In this document: positions 47,013 to 56,100 of the stretch, in pieces
Position numbering within the stretch: position 1 is the stretch's first letter
Layout of the letters: each line of letters starts with the position of its first letter
Source: Candidatus Latescibacterota bacterium
GTDB taxonomy: Bacteria > Latescibacterota > UBA2968
Length of the DNA: 64,000 nucleotides
NCBI GenBank assembly: GCA_965198115.1
Contig: OZ240241.1
Coordinates: 7,392,001 to 7,456,000 of the forward strand
Direction: 5' to 3'
The notes under the pieces: generated by a model
What the model was told of the DNA's origin: nothing
Database searches by the model: none
The model's input: the letters and a program-made list of their open reading frames with translations, nothing else
Position numbers and translations under genes: made by a program

Positions 47013-48206
47013 CTAAAAGTCCTCTAACCCGAACCGATAACCACGAATCTGGGCCATCGGGGCATTGTCGTTGATGTAGTTGGCGCAGAGGAACCTGCCG
47101 CGCTCGTATTCGACCCATCCTGTGTATCCACTATCCGCAAAGGGGCTGTTGTCGAGATCGAGTGGAAGCAGCAGCCCCTTCTGATCGCCGAGGTCGGGAC
47201 TGAGCGCACTTTCGATAGGTTCGAGGAATGCGAAGGTGTGAACTGAAGTGCCACCGGCCGCCATTACGATCTCGTCTTCCGTCTCGATCGTATTCGGTCC
47301 GCCCGTCACGCTCGCAATGAAACGCTCGTTTTCCGGATGACCCTTCACTTTCGGGATGACGATGGTGCGTTTCGCCAATCGCTTCTGGAACGTCTCCTCG
47401 CTCATATCCACGCGCCAGTTAGACTCCAATCCATATCGTCCGGTGATGAGGATCAAACCGTCGGTGGTCAGGCCCGCGATTGGCATTCCGATGGCTGCAG
47501 GGTTGAGGGTACTGTAAGGACCCTCCCACGTCTCACCATTGTCTTTTGAGATCAGCTTCAGAAGAGGGCCCACATCTACCCGCTCGTAGGAGACGAGCTC
47601 CCCACCGGGTAGTTTCACGATACTGCCCTCATCAAGCTCGTGATCGGGATTCAGGTTCATCGGTCGGGGCGCATCCCAGGTGACGCCCTTGTCCCGGCTG
47701 ATGTGGAGCATCTGCGTGAGCCGGTCGGCGCCGTCGATGCGAAGGTTCGTGAGGAGCAGCCATCGTCCGTCGGGCATTTCGGTTACCTGGTCCGGACAGA
47801 TACCTCCAACGGAGGTTTGAAACGGATCGGCGAACGTCACGCCGTCGTCGTCGCTGAACCAGAGCGAGACTCGCGCCGTGTGCTCGACACGCCATTCGCC
47901 AGGAGGCCAGGGCAAGGATTCCGAAAGGAGCAGAACCCGCCCGTCCTCGAGCTGCTGAATTTTGGGACAGTTCCAGGTCGTGAGAACGCCATCGGTAACC
48001 GCTTCGTCGATGATGACATTCCGGTCGGACCACGTATGGCCGGCGTCATCGCTGTATCGCACGATCAATCGACAGTATTCGCTGGCGACGTGGCCGTTGC
48101 TTTCGCGATAGGCGATGATGATTCGGCCGGAGCGGGTTTGGCACAGGTGGGGAAAACACTCGTAGACCGAGTCGTCGCGGGAGATGGTGAATTTGGTGAC
48201 AGGCAT
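47013..48206 (-). CDS. BNR/Asp-box sialidase-like beta-propeller
   Basis: SDDAGHTW, SDDDGVTF, SRDKGVTW, SKDNGETW, DSGYTGWV. Confidence 0.8.
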   Translation of the reverse strand: MPVTKFTISRDDSVYECFPHLCQTRSGRIIIAYRESNGHVASEYCRLIVRYSDDAGHTWSDRNVIIDEAVTDGVLTTWNCPKIQQLEDGRVLLLSESLPWPPGEWRVEHTARVSLWFSDDDGVTFADPFQTSVGGICPDQVTEMPDGRWLLLTNLRIDGADRLTQMLHISRDKGVTWDAPRPMNLNPDHELDEGSIVKLPGGELVSYERVDVGPLLKLISKDNGETWEGPYSTLNPAAIGMPIAGLTTDGLILITGRYGLESNWRVDMSEETFQKRLAKRTIVIPKVKGHPENERFIASVTGGPNTIETEDEIVMAAGGTSVHTFAFLEPIESALSPDLGDQKGLLLPLDLDNSPFADSGYTGWVEYERGRFLCANYINDNAPMAQIRGYRFGLEDF

Positions 48207-48298
48207 TGGATATCCTGGAATCAGGAAATTGTGGAATTATGAGATTGACGAGGGTGCAATTTGCAGCCGCTCCGGTGACGACCAATATGGCTGAGAGG

Positions 48299-48371
48299 CT
48301 TTGGAACCACAAATGAACACGGATGAACACAAATGTGAGGTAATCTGATGATCGTGGCCCTTCCCGGGAAG
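48299..48371. repeat. 10-nt periodic repeat plus variant box GCCCTTCCCGGGAAG
   Basis: ctttggaaccacaaatgaacacggatgaacacaaatgtga matches 20071-20110. Confidence 0.7.
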
Positions 48372-48483
48372 TGATTCGGAGGTTTACCCGCGGCCATCAT
48401 TATGTCACATCGATGACAATCCGTGGAGTCACAACTCTGAAATTGAAAGATATCTTGTGGCTGCAAGCTCGAGAGCTCTTTCG

Positions 48484-50133
48484 CTAGGCGCTGTAACGGA
48501 CGTGGAGCTCGACTTTTTCGATGCGTATCGGGGCCTCGTGGTCGAGGCGGCGAACGAGACGGATGCCGATGAGGTTTTCTCCCACAGCCAGCCAGCTCGG
48601 CGAAACGTCGTAGGCGAGCCAGTCCTGGAAGTGAACGTTGAGGGCGGTCGGGTCTTCCTCCACCCTTCTTGCACCTTCGAGTAGAAGATTGTTGACTCTT
48701 ACTTCGACTTCAAGCTGATCGACAAGCGTGCCCGGCTCAATCGAGTCGTCCTTTCCTCTGCACGTGAAAGCGATTCTCAGTTCCAGCAGATCGATGGAAT
48801 CAGCTAGGTCGCTCATCGTATCGGCCACGTCGAGGGCGAGGAGCGTATCGGCCACTCCGTCGTCTAGGAGCTGAGCCGGGAGCGCGGCACGCATGTTGGT
48901 CTGGAAATAGGCGAGTCTCGGCGTGTACCAGTTATCGGGATTCGGGGTGAAGTCCTCACCGTGACCACCGCCTCTTCGCTCGACGTAGAAGACTTTGTTC
49001 AGACCTTCGAGCGATTCGGGGGTGCCTATCTCGTTGCACACGTGGCGCTGGATCTCCCACGCCTCTTCCAACTCGAGTTCGTCCGCGGGTCCGCCCCGGT
49101 GTCTGGGCGCCAGCTCTATTTCCAAAGCATTGTGCGTTTCAGGGTGTGGGCTCGTCAGGTTGAACGTGTGTATTCCGTCCGGTTTCTTCCGCCACCAGTT
49201 GGCGCAGACGCCTCGCCAGACCTCGAGTGACGGGTGCCGATAGCCGTCGGACGAATGGTGGTCGTCCCAACTCGGGTAGACGCGGATGTCCGTCCCGGAC
49301 GTCAGATCGCGGAAGCCTCTGATGTCTACACTCGCCGTCCGCGTTCCGACCACGAGGATGTCGACGAGCGACTCTTCGATCCAGGTTTCCACTTCCATTC
49401 CATCGAAGTGACAACCCGGGATGTCTTCGGGTATTCGGACTGCGAGGAGATAAGGGCTCGCTCGACGTGATCCGATTTCGAGCAACGTCGTTCGCAGTTT
49501 ACGGATGAAGTCTGTTAGCAGATTGCGGTGTGTCCACTGCTGTCCTTCCGGGAAAAGCATTGGAATGCGTGCGAAGTCGATCGAGATTCCATCGTAGTCG
49601 TATTTCTCTGCGACTTCCTTCAGTATTGCCAGCTTGAGATCCCGAACACCGTCAAACGTGAAATCCCAGAAAGCGTGCCATCTCTTGAAGAGCCAGTCCG
49701 GATGTTCGGCCTTGAGGGGGATTGGATCCTTGAAATCGTGCGGCTGATCGAACAGGGGATCGTTGTCGGAACCGTTGATCCTGTAGGAGAAGAAGACTTC
49801 GCGTCCTCTTTCTCTCGTTTCATCGAGCAACCCCCGAACGGGATCGATCCCGATCGCCCACCATTCGGGAAACGCGAATGTCGTTTCCGGCAATACCTTG
49901 CTCGGCCAGACGGCGTTGTTCCCTTCACCCCATTCGTGCCACACGCTGTCGATCTGATTGGGCGCCGCGTCCAACCTGCTCATGTAGAAGTCGACGATTT
50001 TCTGCCACCGCTCGGTCGTGATCTCGCCCTGGCGAAAGGCACGCGTGCAGAGGACGTCGTCTTGATAAATGATACGGCGTTGCCGATGAGCGGCAGCGAT
50101 ATGATCGGGTGATAGATTCAATTGAAAAGCCAA
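48484..50133 (-). CDS. GHL10/DUF187-like TIM-barrel protein (paralog 5)
   Basis: SYRINGSD, WDFTFDGVRD, YDYDGISIDFAR, TWIEESLVDILVVG, DGIHTFN. Confidence 0.75.
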   Translation of the reverse strand: MAFQLNLSPDHIAAAHRQRRIIYQDDVLCTRAFRQGEITTERWQKIVDFYMSRLDAAPNQIDSVWHEWGEGNNAVWPSKVLPETTFAFPEWWAIGIDPVRGLLDETRERGREVFFSYRINGSDNDPLFDQPHDFKDPIPLKAEHPDWLFKRWHAFWDFTFDGVRDLKLAILKEVAEKYDYDGISIDFARIPMLFPEGQQWTHRNLLTDFIRKLRTTLLEIGSRRASPYLLAVRIPEDIPGCHFDGMEVETWIEESLVDILVVGTRTASVDIRGFRDLTSGTDIRVYPSWDDHHSSDGYRHPSLEVWRGVCANWWRKKPDGIHTFNLTSPHPETHNALEIELAPRHRGGPADELELEEAWEIQRHVCNEIGTPESLEGLNKVFYVERRGGGHGEDFTPNPDNWYTPRLAYFQTNMRAALPAQLLDDGVADTLLALDVADTMSDLADSIDLLELRIAFTCRGKDDSIEPGTLVDQLEVEVRVNNLLLEGARRVEEDPTALNVHFQDWLAYDVSPSWLAVGENLIGIRLVRRLDHEAPIRIEKVELHVRYSA

Positions 50134-50193
50134 AGACAGCCACTGAGGACACGGAGAAGTGGTTTCTTCGGAATCCAGGCCCTAATCGGGAAG
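50130..50193. repeat. 9-nt periodic repeat plus GCCCTAATCGGGAAG box
   Basis: ccaaagacagccactgaggacacggag matches 31087-31113 with one mismatch. Confidence 0.7.
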
Positions 50194-50396
50194 AACCCTT
50201 GAAGTAGCCGAGGGGTGGAACCACCGAAACCCGGACACCGAGATGGAGAACTAAGTGAATGGCGGGAGGAAACGCGAGGAGATTCTGGACTAAGAAGACA
50301 AGAATCCAAGCGGGCCAGAATCCCCATGTTCAGGATTGTCAGGGTGGCAAATGCCGTCTTTTGCTGACAACTGAACCCTGACGGCGGACAACCCGT

Positions 50397-51164
50397 CTAT
50401 GGCTGGTAAAGGCTTTCGGTGGGGATGTCGGTGATCATCGCGTGGCCGGGGGTGTAGGAGATCATGAATGGGAGCTTGGCCTGCTCGGCGACGATCCGGG
50501 GGGTGATGCCGCAGGCCCAGTAGAGGCGGTCGGTGCCCGCGGGAACGTCGATTGGATGGCCGTTGATATTGACATCTTCCGCGATGCCGAGTTCGGCTGC
50601 GTTGTTCTTGCCGACCGGCGCACCGTGACATTGCGGAAAGTGGCTGGTGTATTCCCAGACGGCGTCACAGAGGGATGGATCGAAGGATCGAATCGTGACA
50701 GCCATATTGCCGTGGAATGGTTCGACAGATTCGCAGGGCACCGCAGTGAGCTGGATTGTCGGGCCGAAGGCCGCCGCATAACCCTTTTCCGCCAAGAGTC
50801 CGTCGAACGAGACACTGGAGCCGATCAAGAAAGAGACAGGCGCCCGATCGAACAGGTCGACGATGTCCCGGCGCTGCTCGACGACGTCGCCGTTGCAGAC
50901 GATGTCATAGGAGCCGAGATCGGTTCGAATGTCGAGATCCTCGGCGAACTCCGGACAGTCGGTCTGGCCAGGATGGTCGAACCGTTTGATGAGTGGGCAG
51001 GGTTTGGGATTGGCCAGGCAGAAAGCTTCGAACGGGTCCGCGTATTCTTCAGGCAGGAAGGCGACGTTGACGCAGAGATAGCCCGGGAGGGCCCGGGAGG
51101 CGAAGCCTTTGAGTTCATTTGCCCGGCAGGCGTGCCGGACTTCCAGTGGTGAGGAGTAAGACAT
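50397..51164 (-). CDS. DUF1445 / D-glutamate cyclase family protein
   Basis: FC..NPKPCPL, DIRTDL..Y, F.IG.S.SF, HGAPV, WACGITP, PGH.MITD. Confidence 0.88.
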   Translation of the reverse strand: MSYSSPLEVRHACRANELKGFASRALPGYLCVNVAFLPEEYADPFEAFCLANPKPCPLIKRFDHPGQTDCPEFAEDLDIRTDLGSYDIVCNGDVVEQRRDIVDLFDRAPVSFLIGSSVSFDGLLAEKGYAAAFGPTIQLTAVPCESVEPFHGNMAVTIRSFDPSLCDAVWEYTSHFPQCHGAPVGKNNAAELGIAEDVNINGHPIDVPAGTDRLYWACGITPRIVAEQAKLPFMISYTPGHAMITDIPTESLYQP

Positions 51165-51192
51165 TGAGGATTAGGGAATTTCGAAACTAGGA

Positions 51193-52008
51193 TTACGGAA
51201 CTAGGCGGATTTCGAAGAGAGTGGGCCAGCGTTTGCCTGTGACGAAGAGACGATCGTTGTCGGTGTCGTAGGCGATGCCGTTGAGAACGTCCTCGGTGCC
51301 TATTCGGTCGGCGGTCGGCAAGAGGCCTGTGAGGTCGATCCATCCGATCACGCGGCCGGTGACGGGCTCGATTCGGGCGATCTTGTCGGTCAACCAGACG
51401 TTGGCGAAAATCTCTCCGTTGATATACTCGAGTTCGTTGAGACGCCAAATGGGTCCGTCTTCGTCTCTCACTTCCACCCGTCCGATTTCCTCGAGGGTTT
51501 CGAGGTCACGGAAATAGAGGGTGGATGTACCGTTGCTCATGATATAGCGATGGCCGTCTGTCGTGATCCCCCATCCCTCCGTTGGATAGCTGAAGCTCCG
51601 TTTCAACTCGAAGGTCCCGGCGTCGTAGACGAAACCGATGTTCGTCAGCCAGGTAAGCTGAACGATTTCGTTCCCCAGCAGGGCGATGCCCTCACCGAAG
51701 AACTGTCCGTCGAGGTCGATCGACTGAAGGACCTCGCCCGTTTCAAGAGCGACCCTTCGCAGTGTAGACGCCCCGTTGAGGCCGGTGCCTTCGTAGAGGA
51801 CGCTGTCACGATACACGAGGCCTTGAGTGAACGCATTCGGGTCGTGCGGATAGGCGTTGATCACTTCGAAACCGTAGGTGGGAACGGAGGAGGAATCGGT
51901 GGGTGTGAGACTGCCCGGTGTGTCGCCGGGCGTAAAGTGTGGATAGCGTTCGCACGAGGCGGTGACGATGACAAGGCACCCAACGATGATCCAGTTCTGC
52001 ACGTTCAT
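51193..52008 (-). CDS. Glutaminyl-peptide cyclotransferase (lipoprotein)
   Basis: Lipobox VTASC; [42 protein letters not shown]. Confidence 0.93.
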   Translation of the reverse strand: MNVQNWIIVGCLVIVTASCERYPHFTPGDTPGSLTPTDSSSVPTYGFEVINAYPHDPNAFTQGLVYRDSVLYEGTGLNGASTLRRVALETGEVLQSIDLDGQFFGEGIALLGNEIVQLTWLTNIGFVYDAGTFELKRSFSYPTEGWGITTDGHRYIMSNGTSTLYFRDLETLEEIGRVEVRDEDGPIWRLNELEYINGEIFANVWLTDKIARIEPVTGRVIGWIDLTGLLPTADRIGTEDVLNGIAYDTDNDRLFVTGKRWPTLFEIRLVP

Positions 52009-52490
52009 TCCGGTCGGGCGGCGCTGTGAACGACGATCGGTTCACTGGGCACGTTTTGATGCATCCCGACATTCGTCGTTTCGACCTGGGCAATCTGATC
52101 CACCACATCCATCCCTTCGACGACTCTGGCGAAGACGGCATAGCCGAAGTCACGTTCACCGTGATCGAGGGCCCCGTTGTCGGCCAGGTTGATGAAGAAT
52201 TGAGAGGTGGCGCTATCGACTTCCTTGGTGCGGGCCATCGACAGGGTGCCGCGCTCGTTTCTCAGCCCGTTGTCCGCTTCGTTCTTGATCTGTTCACGCG
52301 TTTCCTTTTGATCCATTTCGGTTGTGAAACCGCCGCCCTGGATAACGAAACCGGGCAGGACCCGATGGAAGATGGTCTCGTTGAAGAATCCGTCATCGAC
52401 ATACTGAAGAAAGTTTTCAACAGTGATCGGTGCCTCTTCAGGAAACAGTTCGATCAGGATATCGCCTTCGGATGTTTCGAATTTGACCAT
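52005..52490 (-). CDS. Cyclophilin-type peptidyl-prolyl cis-trans isomerase
   Basis: [46 protein letters not shown]. Confidence 0.95.
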   Translation of the reverse strand: MVKFETSEGDILIELFPEEAPITVENFLQYVDDGFFNETIFHRVLPGFVIQGGGFTTEMDQKETREQIKNEADNGLRNERGTLSMARTKEVDSATSQFFINLADNGALDHGERDFGYAVFARVVEGMDVVDQIAQVETTNVGMHQNVPSEPIVVHSAARPE

Positions 52491-52601
52491 TGTGACCTTT
52501 CGGACGGAAACCACCAAGGCTCCAAGACACCAAGGAAACCACCTGAAGTATGGTGGCGGATGATGTGTTGTTCGGTGTCGTCGTGCCTTCGTGGCTCGAG
52601 T

Positions 52602-53099
52602 TTAGATGTGTTCATAGAGGAGATGGGGGCGGCCATCTTCGAAATGGAGGTCGGTCACTCGAATCTCCTCACCGAACCAATCGAGTGGTTCGAAGTCGTT
52701 TGCTTTTTCGACCGTGTCGAATTCCACCTCCGCAACCACGTGGCCATCGAGCGCTCCGTGGTAGATGTCGAGAATCGTCCTATTCGGAAGGAGATAACGC
52801 GTCTTGTGCATGCGCTTTCCCTCCGTCATCGGCCAGAGTGTTTCAAACTGTTCGAGCGTCAGTGTGATTTCGCCTTCCGGGTGACCCAATTGCTGACCGC
52901 TTGGGTACTTGATCGTCAAGACGTATGTCTCGTCCTGTCGCCGCAGTCGTGTCTGGAGTTGCCCTCTCTTCTCGATGATCAGATAGCCCTGGTCGATTTC
53001 CACAGATGGGACGCCGTCGAGATCGGGTAACTGTTGAACAATGAACTTGCGTTCGATTTCAAGACCAGGTGTGTGGGTTTCCCTCTGTGGATGGGGCAT
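52602..53099 (-). CDS. CYTH domain protein
   Basis: EIERKF, I.QGYL, RLR, LTIK, KTRY, AEVEF. Confidence 0.88.
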   Translation of the reverse strand: MPHPQRETHTPGLEIERKFIVQQLPDLDGVPSVEIDQGYLIIEKRGQLQTRLRRQDETYVLTIKYPSGQQLGHPEGEITLTLEQFETLWPMTEGKRMHKTRYLLPNRTILDIYHGALDGHVVAEVEFDTVEKANDFEPLDWFGEEIRVTDLHFEDGRPHLLYEHI

Positions 53100-53126
53100 T
53101 CCGTGTTCCTACGGGAACTCAGCGCC

Positions 53127-53924
53127 TCAGTAACGTTGATCGGCGACCCAGGCTTCCTTCGGGTGATCATCCCAACGCTTCCGAAGTACGCGTTCGTTCG
53201 GACAGAAGTCGCCGCGATGGCTGATGCCGCCGTGGGAGATGTTCATGTTGACGGCGATCTCGTCCCCGGCGGTGACCCAGTGGGGCGTCAGCAGTTGATT
53301 CCAGAGCAGGTCGCCGGGTTCCATTCGATACGTCAAAACGTCGTCGGGATCGATTTCGGGCGGCAATGTCCTCAGGTATTCTTGACGATTGTCCACGACG
53401 TGCTGGATCGGACCGTATTGAGACGGGTCCGCGAAACCGTTGAAGACTTTGACACCGTGGATCTGCCACGCGAGGACGTGTGACACGTCGACGTGATAAG
53501 TCGAGCTGCATCCCTTTCCGGAGATGAAGATGATGGGGTAGCAGCGCTGCCAGGTGAGCCCTGTGCTGGAAAGGAAAGTCCGCCACGGGATCATGACGTT
53601 CTTCTGAAATTCGTCGAGGAAGGACCCTTGACCGTAGAAGTTCTACAGGTGAAAATTCGCCAGGCTGAAGGGCATCTCGACAATATCTTCGATCGGGAGC
53701 GTCTTGAACTTTTCAACGAGATCGTCCCGCTCCGTTTCGTCCTCCACACCCAGAAACTGAATTCGACTGTCTTCATCTTTTCTGAGGATGTCGACGATTT
53801 CTTCTGTGTCGGGCAGATCGAGGTCGAAGGAGATCAGCTCTGGGCCGAGGAGGAAGTTCCGTGTGTCGCTCCAGTGCGACAGGAAATCGGCGGGTGTCCT
53901 GGCTGTAAATTGCATCTCTCGCAT
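53127..53924 (-). pseudogene. JmjC/cupin-like Fe(II)/2OG protein with an in-frame TAG at 53643-53645
   Basis: ORFs 53643-53924 and 53127-53594 are one frame (...FHL*NFYGQGSFLDEFQKNVMIPW...); YHVD and PGD.LW....PHWV motifs. Confidence 0.8.
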
Positions 53925-53931
53925 CGCTCGT

Positions 53932-54534
53932 TCAGGTCAAAAGACCCATCGTTCTCAAGCAATCACTCGCGCCCCGGGCGGTGACCACACGTTCGGATCG
54001 GATACCCGATTCTCGGGCGGCCGTGACGTTGAGCTCATTGTCGTCCAGAAACAGGATTCGTTCTGGGGACGTGCCGAGCTCCTGGATGACATTGTCGAAG
54101 CACTCGTGATCTGGTTTCAGTTTTCCGGTCTTGTGCGACGGGAAGTGACAGTCGAACCTCACACCCATCCCCATCTCATCCAAGAATCTGGGCCAGTGGC
54201 GTTCGTTCGTGTTGCTGAGTGTCCCCAGACGATAGCGACCGCGTAGAGCGTCGAGTAACGGTTCGGCTTCGGCGTAGGGTCCGTCTATCCACCCGTCGAA
54301 GGCTCTGATGATCTCTTCCGGCATCGCCGCCAGGTCGAATTCATCAACCAGGCGCTTGCTGAAATCATTCGCCGGGATCCTTCCCGCTTCGAAGTCACGG
54401 ACCGTGGGTGATTCCAACCACAATCGCCAAAGCTCGTCGACGCTGTGGCGATGTTCCGTCCAGGCCATCATCTGATCGACGCCGGTCAGTTCAACGAGCA
54501 CGCCTCCGACGTCGAACAGGATGACCTCGGTCAC
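53932..54534 (-). CDS. HAD-superfamily phosphatase (YihX-like)
   Basis: FDVGGVL, LSNTN..HW, KPD, FLDD...NV.AA. Confidence 0.9.
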   Translation of the reverse strand: MTEVILFDVGGVLVELTGVDQMMAWTEHRHSVDELWRLWLESPTVRDFEAGRIPANDFSKRLVDEFDLAAMPEEIIRAFDGWIDGPYAEAEPLLDALRGRYRLGTLSNTNERHWPRFLDEMGMGVRFDCHFPSHKTGKLKPDHECFDNVIQELGTSPERILFLDDNELNVTAARESGIRSERVVTARGASDCLRTMGLLT

Positions 54535-55079
54535 GACCTGAGACCGGCTTCGAGGCAGGGCCGGAAGTGTTCGAAGTCGGGTGTTTCCATCGATGGGGCT
54601 TTCGCTCGCTCATCGTAGCGACGCACCTGGACCGCCTCTTCGTAGTATGCGTTCGAAGACTCAAAGGCCCTTGCCTGTTCCTCGGTAAGTGGGCCGCCTT
54701 GAAGTTCCAGACTTCGGACAGAGACCGGCGACAGTGTGCCGAAATAGTCGGGTTCGACGGCGCACAGATAGCGCTTTGCGGCGACGTGGAGACGGCCCGG
54801 TTCGGTGACGGCATCGACAAAGTGTTCCCTGAGCAGACGATAGCCGACGATCTCGTGTTTTCCGTCGCTGGACTGTTCAGGCGTGTCTTCCGACTCGTCG
54901 GCGACGTGCCCGTAGTCGTGAAGGAGCGCTGCGGCGACCAGTGTAGGCGGCTTTCCCTCCTGTTCGGCGAGCGCGGCTGCCTGGAGCGCGTGTTGGGATT
55001 GTGTCACAGCCTCGCCGCCATCGTAGAGGGCATCTCCATTCCTGCGGAACGAGTTGAAAACTTGATCTATGATGTTCAT
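54531..55079 (-). CDS. phnZ: HD-domain phosphonate-degrading oxygenase, PhnZ-like
   Basis: Y.GEAVTQ..HALQAA, AALLHD.GH, HE..G, LHV.AKRYLC, Y...LS..S..SL.LQGG, RR.DE.AK. Confidence 0.82.
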   Translation of the reverse strand: MNIIDQVFNSFRRNGDALYDGGEAVTQSQHALQAAALAEQEGKPPTLVAAALLHDYGHVADESEDTPEQSSDGKHEIVGYRLLREHFVDAVTEPGRLHVAAKRYLCAVEPDYFGTLSPVSVRSLELQGGPLTEEQARAFESSNAYYEEAVQVRRYDERAKAPSMETPDFEHFRPCLEAGLRS

Positions 55080-55235
55080 ACGTTGGCGTCCGGTGAGAGT
55101 GGGTTGGTGAATATACGAGCCACAAATATAACATAGATGACGAGGCCGAGACAGATGTTGGCCAGGATGACGCAGAAGGTCGGCGAGTACGATAGAAATT
55201 CGAGGAGTTGTCCGGAACGGGCGAGTTCTTTCCGA

Positions 55236-56090
55236 TCAGCGAAATTCGATCTTCCAGAATTCCGAGAGCCGGATGGATGTTTCGATCTTCGCGTAGAAGG
55301 CACTGTGAGGGAAGGTGTTCAGAGTGGCTCGTTCGAGGGTCGCCACCCGCGTCGGATACCACGCATTCTCTGGACCGGTGTAGAAGATGACGTTGAGAAT
55401 CAGTTCGTGGCGTTTATCACGTTCCATCATCTTGGGCAGACCGAGCAGGCGCGCTGACAGTTCCGTCGGCCTGCCAGACACTTCATCGATCCACGTCGTT
55501 CCGTCCCACGTCCCGTTGTCGGTCGTCTGACGGTAGGTGTAGGCGACGAGGACTTGCGCGCCAATGACACGAGATCGGCCGTCGCGCTCCATCTTGATCC
55601 TTCTCTGATGGTTGGGATGGAAAGGGTTATACTCGGCGTTGCGGAGGCTGTAGTGATCGATCTGTTCGCCGAAGGTCTCTTTCAGCTCTTCGGTGATGTT
55701 GGTTCCGTTCGTCTCGGCATTGACGAGCTCGAGTTCGATGGCCCTGGTTTCGGACTGGGAAAAGACCACTGTGGTGCTGGACACGAGGTCCGGTTCGCCC
55801 CTGACGTTGAAGACCTCCCGTCGCTCGACCCATCTCCCGGGAACGAAGTCCCGGTTGGCCGTCGCGACGCCGATGGCTCGATCCCACAGGGCATCCGCTC
55901 TTGCCAGACCGGGTAGCACAAAGAGGGCTGCGGTGAAGAGGTGGACGGTAGACGGGTAGGAGCCGCCTCCGGCGGCGATGTGTTGCAGAGGACAGAAGAC
56001 AGAATCCAGGGGATGGAAACCAGAGGACAACTGACTGTCGGCAGCCTGGCGTGGGCGGTGGGCGGAATTGGCTTGGCGCAACGCCATCAT
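55236..56090 (-). CDS. Hypothetical exported protein; start uncertain, N-terminus reads through repeat DNA
   Basis: Hydrophobic h-region LFTAALFVLPGL followed by an ARA|D cleavage-like site; the upstream 45 codons overlap repeats. Confidence 0.55.
   Translation of the reverse strand: MMALRQANSAHRPRQAADSQLSSGFHPLDSVFCPLQHIAAGGGSYPSTVHLFTAALFVLPGLARADALWDRAIGVATANRDFVPGRWVERREVFNVRGEPDLVSSTTVVFSQSETRAIELELVNAETNGTNITEELKETFGEQIDHYSLRNAEYNPFHPNHQRRIKMERDGRSRVIGAQVLVAYTYRQTTDNGTWDGTTWIDEVSGRPTELSARLLGLPKMMERDKRHELILNVIFYTGPENAWYPTRVATLERATLNTFPHSAFYAKIETSIRLSEFWKIEFR
55956..55979 (+). repeat. GTAG-family REP hairpin
   Basis: GTAGGAGCCGCCTCCGGCGGCGAT, preceded by gtggacggtagacg. Confidence 0.65.
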
Positions 56091-56100
56091 TCGTGGGTCC

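Noticed and set aside
48210-48480. Riboswitch or ncRNA in the longer intergenic gaps (also 50134-50396 and 62070-62284)
   Set aside because: No recognisable aptamer or tRNA fold by eye; much of the content is explained by periodic repeats. An Rfam/Infernal scan would be needed to exclude one.
53643-53645. Genome-wide TAG reassignment
   Set aside because: Many genes end at TAG at family-appropriate lengths (for example 5641, 9648, 42315, 43382).
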